From Octopus vulgaris (lineage: Eukaryota): DNA of 64,000 nucleotides. Positions within the stretch are counted from its first letter, which is position 1. The number at the start of each line of letters is the position of its first letter. The stretch covers positions 123,442,001 through 123,506,000 of the forward strand of contig OX597815.1 of assembly GCA_951406725.2 (NCBI GenBank). Reading direction: 5' to 3'. The notes below the pieces were generated by a model. That model did no database searches, had not been told where the DNA came from, and saw only the letters and a list, made by a program, of their open reading frames with translations. The position numbers and the translations under genes are program-made. Positions 28,655 through 43,435 of this stretch are shown here, one piece after another.

Positions 28655-30235
28655 CATATATATACACATATATATACACATATATATACACATATATACA
28701 CATATACATATATATATATATACATATATATACACATATACATATATATATATACATATATATACACATATACATATATATATATACATATACATACACA
28801 TATACATATATATATATACATATATATACACATATACATATATATATATACATATATATATACACATATACATATATATATATACATATATATACACATA
28901 TACATATATATATATATACATATATATACACATATACATATATATATATATACATATATATACACATATACATATATATATACATATATATACACATATA
29001 CACATATATGCACATATACATATATATATATATACATATATATACACATATACATATATATATATACATATATATACACATATACATATATATATATACA
29101 TATATATACACATATACATATATATATATACATATATATACACATATACATATATATATATACATATATATACACATATACATATATATATACATATATA
29201 TACACATATACATATATATATATACATATATATACACATATACATATATATATATACATATATATACACATATACATATATACATATATATACACATATA
29301 CATATATATATATATACATATATATACACATATACATATATATATATATATACATATATATACACATATACATATATATATATATACATATATATACACA
29401 TATACATATATATATATACATATATATACACATATACATATATATATATATACATATATATACACATATACATATATATATATATATACATATATATACA
29501 CATATACATATATATATATATACATATATATACACATATACATATATATATATACATATATATACACATATACATATATATATATATACATATATATACA
29601 CATATACATATATATATATATATATACATATATATACACATATACATATATACATATATATACACATATACATATATATATATACATATATATACACATA
29701 TACATATATACATATATATACACATATACATATATACATATATATACACATATACATATATATACATATATACACATATATACATATATATACATATATA
29801 TACACATATACATATATATACATATATATACATATATATACACATATACATATATATATATACATATATATACACATATACATATATATATATACATATA
29901 TATACACATATACATATATATATATATATACACATATACATATATATATATATATACACATATACATATATATATATACATATATATACACATATACATA
30001 TATATATATATACATATATATACACATATACATATATATATATATACATATATATACACATATACATACACATATACATACATATATATACACATATACA
30101 TACACATATACATATATATATATACATATATATACACATATACATATATATATATACATATATATACACATATACATATATATATATATACATATATATA
30201 CACATATACATATATATATATACATATATATACAC

Positions 30236-30267
<32 letters not shown>

Positions 30268-30425
30268 ACATATATATATATATACATATATATACACATA
30301 TACATATATATACATACATATATATACACATATACATATATATATATATATACATATATATACACATATACATATATATACATACATATATATACACATA
30401 TACATATATATACATATATATACAC

Positions 30426-30458
<33 letters not shown>

Positions 30459-30607
30459 TATATATATATATATATACATATATATACACATATACATATA
30501 TATATACACATATACATATATATATAAACATATACATATATATATAAACATATACATATATATATATACACACACATATACATATATATATATACACACA
30601 CATATAC

Positions 30608-30640
<33 letters not shown>

Positions 30641-30919
30641 TATATATATATATACACATATACATATATATATACATATATATACACATATACATATATA
30701 TACACATATACATATATATATATATATACACACATATACATATATATATATATACATATATATACATATATATATATATATACACACATATACATATATA
30801 TATATATATACACACATATACATATATATATATATACACATACATATATATATATACACATATACATATATATATACATATATACACACATATACATATA
30901 TATATACATATACATATAT

Positions 30920-30950
<31 letters not shown>

Positions 30951-31092
30951 CATATATATACACATATACATATATATACACATATATATATACATACACA
31001 TATACATATACATATATATACACATATACATATATATACACATATACATACATATATATACACATATACATACATATATATATACATATACA

Positions 31093-31137
<45 letters not shown>

Positions 31138-31779
31138 ACATATATATATATACACATATACATATATATATATACACACATATACATACATACACATATA
31201 CATACACATATACATACATATATATACATATACATACATATACATACATATACATACATACATATATATACATATACATACATATATATACATATACATA
31301 CATATATATACATATATATACATATACATACATATACATACACATACATACATATACATACACATACATACATATACATACACATACATACATATACATA
31401 CACATACATACATATATATACACATATATATACATACATATATATACATATACACATATATATATATACACACATATATATATATACACATATATATATA
31501 TATATACACACATATATATATATACACATATATACATATATATACACACATATATATATATACACACATATACATATATATATACATATACACATATATA
31601 CATATACACATATATACATATACACATATATATATACACACATATATATATACACACATATATATATATACACATATATATATATACACACATATATATA
31701 TACACACATATATATATATACACACACATATATATATACACACATATATATATATATATACACATATATATATATATAT

Positions 31780-32021
31780 GGAGGCGCAATGGCCCAGTGG
31801 TTAGGGCAGCGGACTTGCGGTCGGAGGATCGCGGTTTCGATTCCCAGACCGGGCGTTGTGTGTGTTTATTGAGCGAAAACACCTAAAAGCTTCATGAGGC
31901 TCCGGCAGGGGATGGTGGTGATCCCTGCTGTACTCTTTCACCACTCTAAAGGCGGTGCTCCAGCATGGCCACAGTCAAATGACTGAAACAAGTACAAAAA
32001 AAAAAAAAAAAAAAAAAAAAA
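31780..32021 (+). mobile_element. tRNA-derived SINE with intact A/B boxes, LINE-like 3' motif and A26 tail
   Basis: A box TGGCCCAGTGG, B box GGTTTCGATTCCC, tail GGCGGTGCTCCAGCATGGCCACAGTCAAATGACTGAAAC, poly(A) 31996-32021. Confidence 0.88.
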
Positions 32022-32838
32022 TACACACATATATATATATACACACATATATATACACATATATATATACACACATATATATACACACATATATATACAC
32101 ACATATATATACACACATATACATACACACATATACATACACACATATACACATATACATATACACACATATACATATACACACATATACATATACACAC
32201 ATATACATATACATATACACATACACATATACACATATACATATACACACATATACATATACACACATACATATATACATATACATACATACACATATAC
32301 ATACATACACATATACATACATATACATACATACGCATATACATACATACACATATACATACATACGCATATACATACATACGCATATACATACATACGC
32401 ATATACATACATACGCATATACATACATACGCATACATATACATACATATATACATACATACATATATATATACATACATACATATATATATACATACAT
32501 ACATATATATATACATACATACAAATATATATACATACATACATATATATATACATACATACAAATATATATACATACATACAAATATATATACATACAT
32601 ACAAATATATATACATACATACAAATATATATACATACATACATATATATATACATACATATATATATATATACATACATACATATACATACATATATAT
32701 ATACATACATACATACATATACATACATACATATATACATACATACATACATATACATACATATATATATACCTATACATATATATATACATATACATAC
32801 ATATATATATACATATACGTACATATATATATACATAC

Positions 32839-32871
<33 letters not shown>

Positions 32872-33929
32872 CATACATATATATATACATACATATATAT
32901 ATACATATACATACATATATATATACATATACATACATATATATATACATATACGTACATATATATATACATACATATATATATACATACATATATATAT
33001 ACATATACATGCATATATATATACATATACATGCATATATATATACATACATATATATATACATACATATATATATACATGCATATATATATACATATAC
33101 ATGCATATATATATACATATACATGCATATATATATACATATACATACATATATATATATACATATACATATATATATACATATACATACATATACATAC
33201 ATATATATATACATATACATACACATATATATATTCATACATATATATATACATATACATATATATACATACATATATATATACATATACATATATATAC
33301 ATACATATATATATACATATACATACATATACATACATATATATACATATACATACATATATATATACATACATATATATACATATACATACATATACAT
33401 ATACATACATATACATATACATACATATATATATATATACATACATACATATACATACACATACATATATATATATATACATACATACATATACATACAT
33501 ATATATACATACATATACATATATACACATACATATATACCACACATATATACACACATATATACACACATATATATACACACATATATATATACACACA
33601 CATATATATACACACACATATATATACACACACATATATATACACACACATATATATATATACACATATATATATACACATATATATACACACACACATA
33701 TACACACACACACACATATATATATATACACACATATATACACACATATATATACACATATATACACATATATACACACACATATATACATATACGCATA
33801 TATACATATATGCATATATACATATACGCATATATACACATATACGCATATATACATCATCATTTATACACATACATACATACACACACACACACACATG
33901 CATATTTTGTATATTTTGCACTCAACAGG

Positions 33930-34120
33930 CATTTTTTTCAGTTCCTGCCTACCAAATCCACTAAGGTTTTGGTTAGCCTAAAGGTATAGAAGACACACAC
34001 TGAGTTTGAACCCAGAATTATGTGACTTGGAAGCAAAGTTCTTACCACCTCATGCCTGCACCTGTATGTATTACTCTTTTATTTGTTTCAGCCATGCAGG
34101 TGTGGTCATGCTGGAGCACC

Positions 34121-34160
<40 letters not shown>
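33930..34160 (-). mobile_element. Degenerate SINE fragments and (TG)n
   Basis: cagttcctgcctaccaaatccact and ttgtttcagcc...catgctggagcaccac blocks match the SINE at 41725-42056. Confidence 0.6.
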
Positions 34161-34165
<5 letters not shown>

Positions 34166-35606
34166 CATATTTTTATATATGTATATATACATATCCTTTC
34201 CACCATCACAGGCAAGGCTAGATGCCATTGTTAGTGTGTAAATGCAGACACACACAAACAACACTTCTAAAAATGCTGCTTCTATTTCCATACTCATACA
34301 ATCAAAAAAGTTATATTGTAGCTGAATGTCTTCTACAGTTATTACACCTGGTCCTATTTTACAGTTTACTACATTGAACTAAAGAAAACTTTGCTGGGTC
34401 CAGATTTAACTCAATGACTAGGGATTAATTATTATGCTATTATCTCAACTATTGAATAATATAACCATAACTACCCTATAATGATTTCTAACATCTATAA
34501 TTAATAATTTTTTAACATACCTACTTTATAATAACTACCACAATGAAGCAAATCTAGTACCAAAATAATTTTCTCAGGGGTGTAAATTAACTTCACTCAT
34601 AATATTCTGCCTTCAAATGTTTTGTTCTTATACTCCTCATTATGACCTTAATGTCTTTAATGTAAAACTTCTCTGCTATCACTATCAAATTTTAATATTC
34701 AGTTTTAGATATTCCAAAAAATGACAAGTTTTGTTCTTAGTCCTCTAATTTGGTATCTGTAAAAAAAAAAAAATATTAAAAAAAAAAAGCAAAAAAGAAA
34801 ATAACCTCGAGTAATTTTTTTTTTTTACTGTGAAGACTTCAGGTAACTAGAATAATCAACACCATTGTGTGAAAGGAGTTTCTTTTTAAACATTGTTGTC
34901 ATTGGTTGGTAAAAAGATCTTGAAATACAGATTAATTACCGAGTACAATTTGAGACATACACTATCTCATCTTCTGTAGTTGCTCTTTCAAGCATTTAGA
35001 ATAAAATAAGCCTGTTTTAAATAAAGAGTGCTTGAATAAAATGGTTACTAGGAAACTAGCCAAGTCACAATCAAAAATAAACTATACTGATTGCAGTAAA
35101 GCAAGTTAGTCATACTAGTAGCTAAACAAGCAACTAGCAGCTAAACAAACAAAGCTGATCTCTAAAATAAATGAATTGAAAAGGAGGAAGACAGCCTCTT
35201 AAGTAGATGTTTTTTATCTACAGAGAGCTCTTTAGGGTTTAGTTTAGTAATTATTATTACCATTGCCAATGCTTCTTAGGCTAGTAAAGTAACTGAATTC
35301 ATTCAATACTGGACCAAATGACATGCAGTAATTAATTACATTTCTAATATTCCAAGTTCAAATCCTGCTGAGATCTGTTACGACTTTCATACTTAAAGAG
35401 TCCAATTAAATGAATACCAGTAATGTTATTTAACCTTAGATCAGCCCTGATTGAGCAAGTGTATTCCTGTCATGATATTTTTCCATACATCAGTAAGCAA
35501 CCTTGTTTTCCAACCTAACACACATCTAAAACCTCTTTTTCAGCGCAGATTATAATTACTTTATTATTTCATTTCATTATCTATCTATGTAAACAGTTTT
35601 GTCTTC

Positions 35607-35987
35607 CATGCTGGTGGTATGTAAAAAGCACCATTCGAGTGTGATTATTGCCAGTGCCACTTGACTGGTACTCATGCTGGTGACATGTAAAAAGCACCAT
35701 TCTAGTGTGGTCATTGCCAGTGCCGCACGACTGGCTCCCATGCCGGTGGCACATAAGAAGCTCCATTCAAGCATAGTCAATGCCAATACCACCTGACTGG
35801 CCCTCATGCCAGTGGTACATAAAAAGCATTCACTACACTCTCGGAGTGGTTGGTGTTAGGAAGGGCATCCAGCTATAGAAACTTTACCAGATCAGATTGG
35901 AGCAGCCTTCTGGCTAGTCAGCCATCAGAGTCAAACCGTCCAATCCATGCCAGCATGGAAAGCAGATGTTAAACAATGATGATGATA
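35607..35987 (+). mobile_element. RTE 3' tail element containing a 66-bp tandem repeat (about 3.4 copies)
   Basis: Units start at 35607, 35673, 35739 and 35805, followed by the RTE terminal block and gatgatgat. Confidence 0.82.
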
Positions 35988-36719
35988 AGTAACTACATTG
36001 TTCAATGAATCACATTTAAGAATGATTTGAGGAGACTTGGCTGCTGTTTCTAGTAGTGTTGAATAATTATAAAGAGGTATCCTTGCATCTAAGTTATGAG
36101 AACAGTTGAAGCATTGCTATTTACTATATTTGTTGTTTTGATAAGTTTCTTTGAGTCCAGTTACATTTAATACTCTAGTGAAGTACATCTATTGAAACTG
36201 AAATGAAACTGGCTGTAATGATTCCCAGAAGATTAAATATTTATTCCTTCAACATACTTGTAGTATATGACTTAATTTTCAAGTGACTCAATCTAAATAG
36301 ACAACATTTTCCATTGCATTTGTCATACTATTTTCATATATTGTTTCAATTCTTTCACTCTGAGGTCTTAAGTAAATATATTAGATAATAATTTAAACAT
36401 GGCTAAGTAAATGCTAAAAGACTGAATTATCATTCTGAAACATTAAAAAGAATGTTAAAGATTTTATCTCATTGAAATTTCATTTGAACAACTAAAATCT
36501 GTTAGTCATCATATTTCTAATGAATAACATCACATTTTTAACATCATCCATATTTTCATAAGCAACTCCATATAATATATATCTCCTTGTTTTTTATTTC
36601 CTCTTCTCCTTCCACCTATCCAAACAGCTGGGTCCCTCCCTACAAAGCCACTTCCTCTTGACATCTATCTCATTCTTACCATCATCAACTCATACCCATA
36701 TTTACTGTCATTATAACCT

Positions 36720-36912
36720 AAGACAGTGAGCTGGCAGAATTATTAGCATGTAGGACAAAATGCTTAGTGGCATTGCTTACACTTTTTTACATTCTGAGCT
36801 CAAATCTCACTTAAGTCAACTGACTTTCATCCTTTTGTTGATAAAATAAACACTGGGGTTGATGTAATTAACTAAACCTCTCCTCTCAAAATTTTGACCT
36901 TGTGCTAAAATT
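36720..36912 (+). mobile_element. tRNA-derived SINE (same family as the 39.4-40.6 kb cluster, opposite strand)
   Basis: gtgagctggcagaattattagcatg...ttctgagctcaaat...ctttcatcctttt is the reverse complement of the cluster units. Confidence 0.72.
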
Positions 36913-39384
36913 AGAATTACTACCATTGTCTACTACCCATTCATTTTATTCATCTCTCACTTTTCCTCACATGTCATAACCTTTAACCATACTCTCATCT
37001 GTCATTCAATCCTTCCATCACACTCCTATCTATTATATTATTTTGCTGCTGTAAATAATGAAATCAAAACTTACTACAATTTCCAATCATTTCTGTGTTG
37101 CCAGTCATTACTCCCTCTCCAAGCTACTCCCAAACGACATCTATATCATTCCTACCACTTGTATTTACCATTTATTATATTCATCTTCTATACACAACTG
37201 ACAACTTCCACCCCATGTTTAAATCCAACTCCCACTCTCCCCTCATACTTTTGTAACCTTACCCGCTCATGCTAATTTCCTAGTCTCTATACTCTATTCA
37301 CTTTTTTGGACACATTACCTTTAGGGCATGATCTGGCATCTCAACACCACCATATTTACCTCTCTGACCTATATAAAATGCACAAGAGCCATCAATCTTC
37401 CCAGTAACAAACCTGTCCTTACTCTTCCCATCATACATTAACCACTCAGCACCTCACACAAAACAACCACTATCTCCTTATTCTCCCGTCCTAGTGAGGG
37501 TGTCACAAAAAAAGTACCTAGCACACTCTGCAAAGTGCTTGACATTAGAAAGGCCATCTGATTGTAGAAACCATGCTAAAACTGAGACATGGGAACAAAA
37601 TGTGGTTCTCCAACCCATTGGGTCCTGTCTAGCCATCCAACTAATGCCAGTACGAAAAGCAGATGTAAAAATGATGATCTCTAAAATGCTTAAATATCAT
37701 ATGTTAATATAAAGACATTGAAAATAGTATATTCTAGCCAGATCAATGCAGCAAATGAAGAACAAAAGAAATCCTCCTTTTTGATGTCAAGTTGTATAGT
37801 GTGAGACTTTTAAAATGCAAGAATGATGTAAACTGCTTGAAGGAATATACATAAAAGAAATTTTTCCTAGAATAGCTAACAGAAAAAAAAAATAAAAGCT
37901 ATGTTAGAAATTATTAGTAATGAGAAATAAAGCATGTAAAATGAACTGTAGCTGTGGCCTTATTTAGGATGACTAAAATTAACTGAAGAAACAATGAGAA
38001 AATGAAAGTCAATAATTAAAGCTTGATATAACACAAGAGAAAAATATGGTTGCAGGCAAAGTTAAAAACCTAGAGAACTGTAAACCAATTTCAAATCTTT
38101 TAATAGGTAAGCAAATTGGAGAAATAAAAATTGATTTGTTATTTATTATGAAACATACCAAGCTACAAACATGACACTGCTTTGTGGAAACAAAGAATAA
38201 AACAGTGCAGAGAGAAGGAGGGAAGGAGAAAGCAGTATGAGAAGGAGAGGGATAACAAAATATATACATTATTCAGAAGCAGATAATCTTCCAGGTTGCT
38301 ATTAAGGGGAGGTATTTGCAGAAAATGATCTTGAAAATAATCTTGAAAAGTAAGGAGATTCTAGAGGGTTGCATTCCCAGAATTGTATAGTGTTTAATGT
38401 AAGCTCAAAGAGGTAAGAGAGTGAGTGGTAGAAGAAGAGACAGATTAGGCAGGCAAGATTGAAGAATGGTAAGCATCTACCTAATTAAGAAAGCAAGAAG
38501 CCCTAGTAGAAGAAATTGTGTGTCAAAGTGCATCTTTGCCACTTAAATGGTGTTTTTTGCATATAATGTTTGAGTATGTAACAATAACACTCAAAATATG
38601 GTTCTTTCTGAAACTTTACAGCAGAACAGTAATTAATCAGGGCTGAAGTATTTCCTGACCCTAAGGAATCGTAGCCTTCATGGCATCATTGTAGCAATAC
38701 TACAATATATGTGTAGGGATTCACCATGAGAGATTTGTTTTGAAATTATTTTCTTCACCATTACTTAGGTTTTATTTTATTTATGACAAGAGAGAGTGAG
38801 GTACAAAACTGTTTCCTCGATCCTCCCTGATGTATCACAGATATATTCACCTGAGCACTGTATACAATAAGTTCATTATTATTATATCTGTGGGCCTTTG
38901 TTCGAAAGTAACAACTATATTGTGAAAGAAATCTCCAGTTAAATTTTCTAGTAAAAAAAAAAAAAAGACAGAGAAAAGGGAAGAAAGAAAAGAAAGGATG
39001 AAAGTAAAAAGATAAAGAAAATGATTGGAAAGATTTTAAAACTGATGTTTAACCATGCAAATAATTTCAAGCCCAATGTCAGTTCTAATATCATTTAACT
39101 TAGATCGTATAAGATTTTAAGTTCTATAATTACAGTATCATAATTTTTTTTTTTTGAGTTGTTGATCATGCAAAAAAAGATTATAATTTTTGTCAAAGAT
39201 TATAAACTAAACACTCAGGAAAACAATTATCTTATATTTCAAATGCTACATCATTAATATTAAATCCTTTGCATGCTTTCTCTCATTCTCTCTCCCTTGC
39301 AGAAAGCTCATTAATCCTCAAAGTAAATCTCTTCGCATTACTTTCAGTAATAGCATTTTCTCATACACATTATACCCACATTTA

Positions 39385-40565
39385 TAATGATTTCAAATTT
39401 TGGCACAAAGCCAGCAGTTTTAGGGGAGGGGTAAGTTAATTATATTATCATAGTGCTCAACTGAAAAAAGGAAAACAAAAGTGACCTCAACAGCATTTAA
39501 ACTCAAAATTAAAGCGAGAAGAAATGCTACTAAGCATTTTGTCTGGTGTACTAATAATTTTGCTAGCTTGCTGCCTTAATCGCATTTATAATAATGGTTT
39601 CAAATTTTGTCACAAGGGCAGCAAATTTTTTTCTTTTTTTTTTTTTTTTGGGTTGGGGGATGAGTTGATTACATCGATACCAGTGTTCAACTGATACTTA
39701 TTTTATCGAACCCAAAAGGATGAAAGGCATAATCAACCTTGGTGGAAATTGAACTGAGAACATCACGATAAGCGAAATACTGCTAGGCATTTCATCTAAC
39801 ATGCTAACATCTAACAAGCTCGCTACCTTGTTTATAATAATAATAATCCTTTCTATTATAGGTACAAGGCCTGAAATTTCGGGGGGAAGAGACTAGTCAA
39901 TTAAATTGACCCTAATGTTTCACAGGTACTTAATTTATCAACCCTGAAAGGATGAAAGGCAAAGTTGACTTCAGCGGAATTTGAACTCAGAATGTAGCAA
40001 CAGATGAAATACATCTAAGCATTTTGCCTGGTGTGCTAATGATTCTGCCAGCTTACCACCTTAATAATAAATGTTTCAAATTTTGCTACATGGGCAGCAA
40101 TTTTGTGGGAGGGAATGAGTTGATTACATCGACCCCAGTGTTCCACCGATAATTTATTGACCCTGAAAGGATGAAAGCTCACCACCTTAATAATAACAAT
40201 AATCTTTTCTACTCTCGGCACAAGGCCCAAAATTTTTGGGGACGAGGCCAGTTGATTAGATCAACCCCAGTATGCAACTAGAACTTAATTTATTGACCCT
40301 AAAAGGATGAAAGCTCACAACCTTAATAATGATAATACTAATAATAAATGGTTTCAATTTTTGGCACAAGGCCTGCAATTTCAAGGGAGGAGAGTAAGTC
40401 AATTGCATCAACCCCATTGCTTAACAGGTGCTTATTTTATTGGCCTTGAAAGGATGAAAGGCAAAGTTGATCTCAGAGGAATTTGAACTCAGAACATAAA
40501 GACAGACAAAATAATTAGCAGCATTTTGCTTGACATGCTGACAATTCTGCCAGCTTGCCACCTTA
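39385..40565 (-). mobile_element. Cluster of six head-to-tail tRNA-derived SINEs separated by (TAA)n
   Basis: Copies at about 39385-39578, 39590-39829, 39845-40060, 40070-40187, 40200-40324 and 40348-40564. Confidence 0.85.
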
Positions 40566-41134
40566 ACATTATTGACTACCCATCTGATAAGGGTACACCA
40601 GGCTCATGCATCACAACTATATGTGCATGACAAAGTGATCTCATATCAAGATAAACAGTGCATGACCATGCAGGTGGAACCCAAGTTAGAATTTTCAAGT
40701 TGAGCAACCCATCCTGCACAAAAGGTCCCTGAATAAGGGCTGTTTAAGGATGCTGAACGAAACGTCCATGCTTTCAGAGTTGAATTAGTCAAACCCCGAA
40801 GAATTCCTCTCAACACATGATTACAATGCTCCCCCACTACTTCTGCTTATGATCAGAGATGCACATATTGTCAGCCACTAAAGACCAGCTCAACTGGTTA
40901 AGATCAAGCAACTGGCAAGCAAATCTGCAGTACTGAACAGAATATTTGCTGTAGCCCATCTTATACAAAGACAAAACATGTACATGATAGCACTTCCAAT
41001 CAGTTAAGATCAAAATCCATGAGAAGCTAGAAGTTCAAGTTGGTGTTATGACTAGGGTGCCATACATTTGGTTTTGCACAAAGTATTGTTCTAGAGAATG
41101 TTTCAGAAAACATAAAAAATTTATAACTTTGTTA

Positions 41135-41180
<46 letters not shown>

Positions 41181-41724
41181 TTCATCACCAGCGAGATGAG
41201 TGCCCAATTACAAGGATAGGCATAAAATGTGGAATTTAATACTGAAAATTGAATGAGTAAGCAAAAAATGAAAAGCTAACATAAAATATAAGTAGATATG
41301 GTATACAACTAATAAATGATGATGATGGAACCCTTCTGATGAAGGACGACCTTCATCTAGAGATAATCAAGGAAACCCAAAGATCCAAGATCACCCCGAA
41401 CACTGCCAAATGTTGCTCTTCAGCATTTGAGAGTATACATAGACTGTCACCCATCTTACAATAAATGCACTTCAAGAGAGCTCTTTATTTTTCTCCATAG
41501 CCATCACCGTCTTTAAGTGAAACTTGAAAATCAGTGAAGGCTCAACCAAAGTGAAAAGTATCTGCTCTCAGACCTTTCAATCTCATGAACTGTAGTCACC
41601 AAACAGAGGGGAACTGTCTTTTTTGTCTGGTTAAATAAGGGTGGTAGAGAAATCATTGTGATGGACTCACTACCCATGACAGCAAACCCATCCCATACAT
41701 ATGACAGCAGATAATTACAGTAAT

Positions 41725-42056
41725 TACTCTTTTACTTGTTTCAGTCATTTGACTGTGGCCATGTTGGAGCACCGCCTTTTGTCGAGCAAATCGACCCCAG
41801 GACTTATTCTTTGTAAGCCTAGTACTTATTCTATCGGTCTCTTTTGCCGAACCACTAAGTTACGGAGACGTAAACACACCAGCATCGGTTGTCAAGCAAT
41901 GTTGGGGGGACAAACACAAACACACACACACATATACATATATATATATATATATACAACGGGCTTCTTTCAGTTTCCGTCTACCAAATCCACTCACAAG
42001 GCTGAACCTGGAACCATGTGGTTGGTAAGCAAGCTACTTACCACACAGCCACTCCT
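41725..42056 (-). mobile_element. tRNA-derived SINE with internal (TA)/(TG) microsatellite and internal deletion
   Basis: Minus-strand head AGGAGTGGCTGTGTGGTAAG...GGTTCCAGGTTCAG and tail GGCGGTGCTCCAACATGGCCACAGTCAAATGACTGAAACAAGTAAAAGAGTA. Confidence 0.85.
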
Positions 42057-43238
42057 TGTTTATAATTTAAGTACAATACCAGCAATTTTTGAGAGGAGGA
42101 GATACCATTTACCCTGTACATTATTTTATAGACTTTGGTGAGAAATACAACACATTTTTTCCAATGTGTTGATAATTCTGCCAATATTGCCTATTGACCT
42201 CAGTGCTAGATTGGGTATCTTGTTTTATTAACTTCAAAGGGCTGAAAAGCAAAGTTGAAACATATACTGCAAGGGATCTTTTCCAAAGCTCTAACAATTC
42301 TTCCAGCTCACCACCTTAATAATAAATATTATAGATAAAATAATTACTCCCTTAATTAAATAAAATGATAATGATTATTATATATCTGTGTGTGTGTATG
42401 TGTGTCTAATCTTTAACATTAAAATGTCAAGTATAGTTTATTAATTAACAGTCCTACAAGAGTAATAGCTCTGTTTAAAATATGTAACTTAAGATCTTAA
42501 TGATCCAGATAAAAGTATTAAAATTGGTTTCATTTTGTTTAATTTCTTTTTACATCTGCTTTTCCCATGCTGGCATAGATTAGAACAGAGACATTTAAGG
42601 GATCATCTTTCAAATTTTTAGAGACTTTGCATAGATTTTTTTTAAACCAAAAGAACTGTATTTCTAACTATAATCCCAGTATCATTTATAAAAAAAAAAT
42701 GAGACTGAGATTATTCAAATTTAGGAAAAATATGATTACTAGTGATTAAAAATCGAAGGGTATCATTCTCTTAAAAATAAAACCATATCTCTACACACAA
42801 GTGCACATACATAGATAATTTTTAAAAAGGCAAAATACAGTAACACCTAATTTCTAGCAAAATTCTTTACTCAGTTTAAGTATGCAGACATGCCAAATGA
42901 AGTGGAGCTATTGTTATCTATCAACCAATATTGCTCACACTGATGAGTTATGTTATTACCAGTTATTATATGTGATGCCCTAATATCCAGTGTACTAACA
43001 CTTAAATACAATGCTTGCTATTGATGTCATTCCTCCTCCTCTTTAATAACCTTTAACTCAAAAAAATAATCAATAAGCTATTTCACGATTCACAACATCA
43101 TTAGTTAATCAAAGTTGTTCAACTAACTATATTATGTGTGCAAAGCTCTACCATATTTGTATTTAAAAAAAAAAGCAACTCCCTGAGGCATTCTCCCATA
43201 AGTCATATTGATGATATTTTATAAAACAGCTGAGTTAA

Positions 43239-43435
43239 CCCTTTAGTGTTTAAACCGGCCATATCCGGCCCCGAACTGGCAATATCTAGCCTTTCACACC
43301 TAACCAACAATGCCATTCTAAAAATAAACAATCACATCATTGAAACCTCAAAGCTATGAGATAATGCTTGATTAATTCAAAACAATTTGAGTGGAAAAGT
43401 ATCACATTTAACAGAGTAATCTGAACACTAAAGGG
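43239..43435. mobile_element. piggyBac-type MITE (197 bp)
   Basis: TTAA|CCCTTTAGTGTT ... AACACTAAAGGG|TTAA: TTAA TSD and 12-bp perfect TIR starting CCC. Confidence 0.88.

Larger units (their letters stand above)
19353..33900. repeat. About 14.5-kb field of degenerate alternating purine-pyrimidine microsatellite (TA, TACA, CA, TACG variants), interrupted by three retroelement islands and a gap
   Basis: Direct inspection. Blocks 19353-20657, 20784-27020, 27906-31779 and 32022-33900. The plus strand is almost G-free outside the islands. Confidence 0.97.

Noticed and set aside
31780-31855. Functional tRNA gene
   Set aside because: A and B boxes are present, but the sequence continues into a SINE body and tail with no oligo-T terminator. 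The same applies to the tRNA-like heads near 6015-6150.
18851-33989. Very long ORFs (up to 2076 aa) of Y/I/M/C/V/H/T
   Set aside because: Stop codons have the pattern YRR and cannot form in strictly alternating purine-pyrimidine repeats. The ORFs are open in multiple frames on both strands and even cross the N gap. Only the LINE part of 18607-20232 is real coding-derived sequence.
41336-41358. CTGATGA followed by a hairpin as a hammerhead
   Set aside because: GATGAAGG-ACGA-CCTTCATC pairs the core itself and no GAAA box follows.
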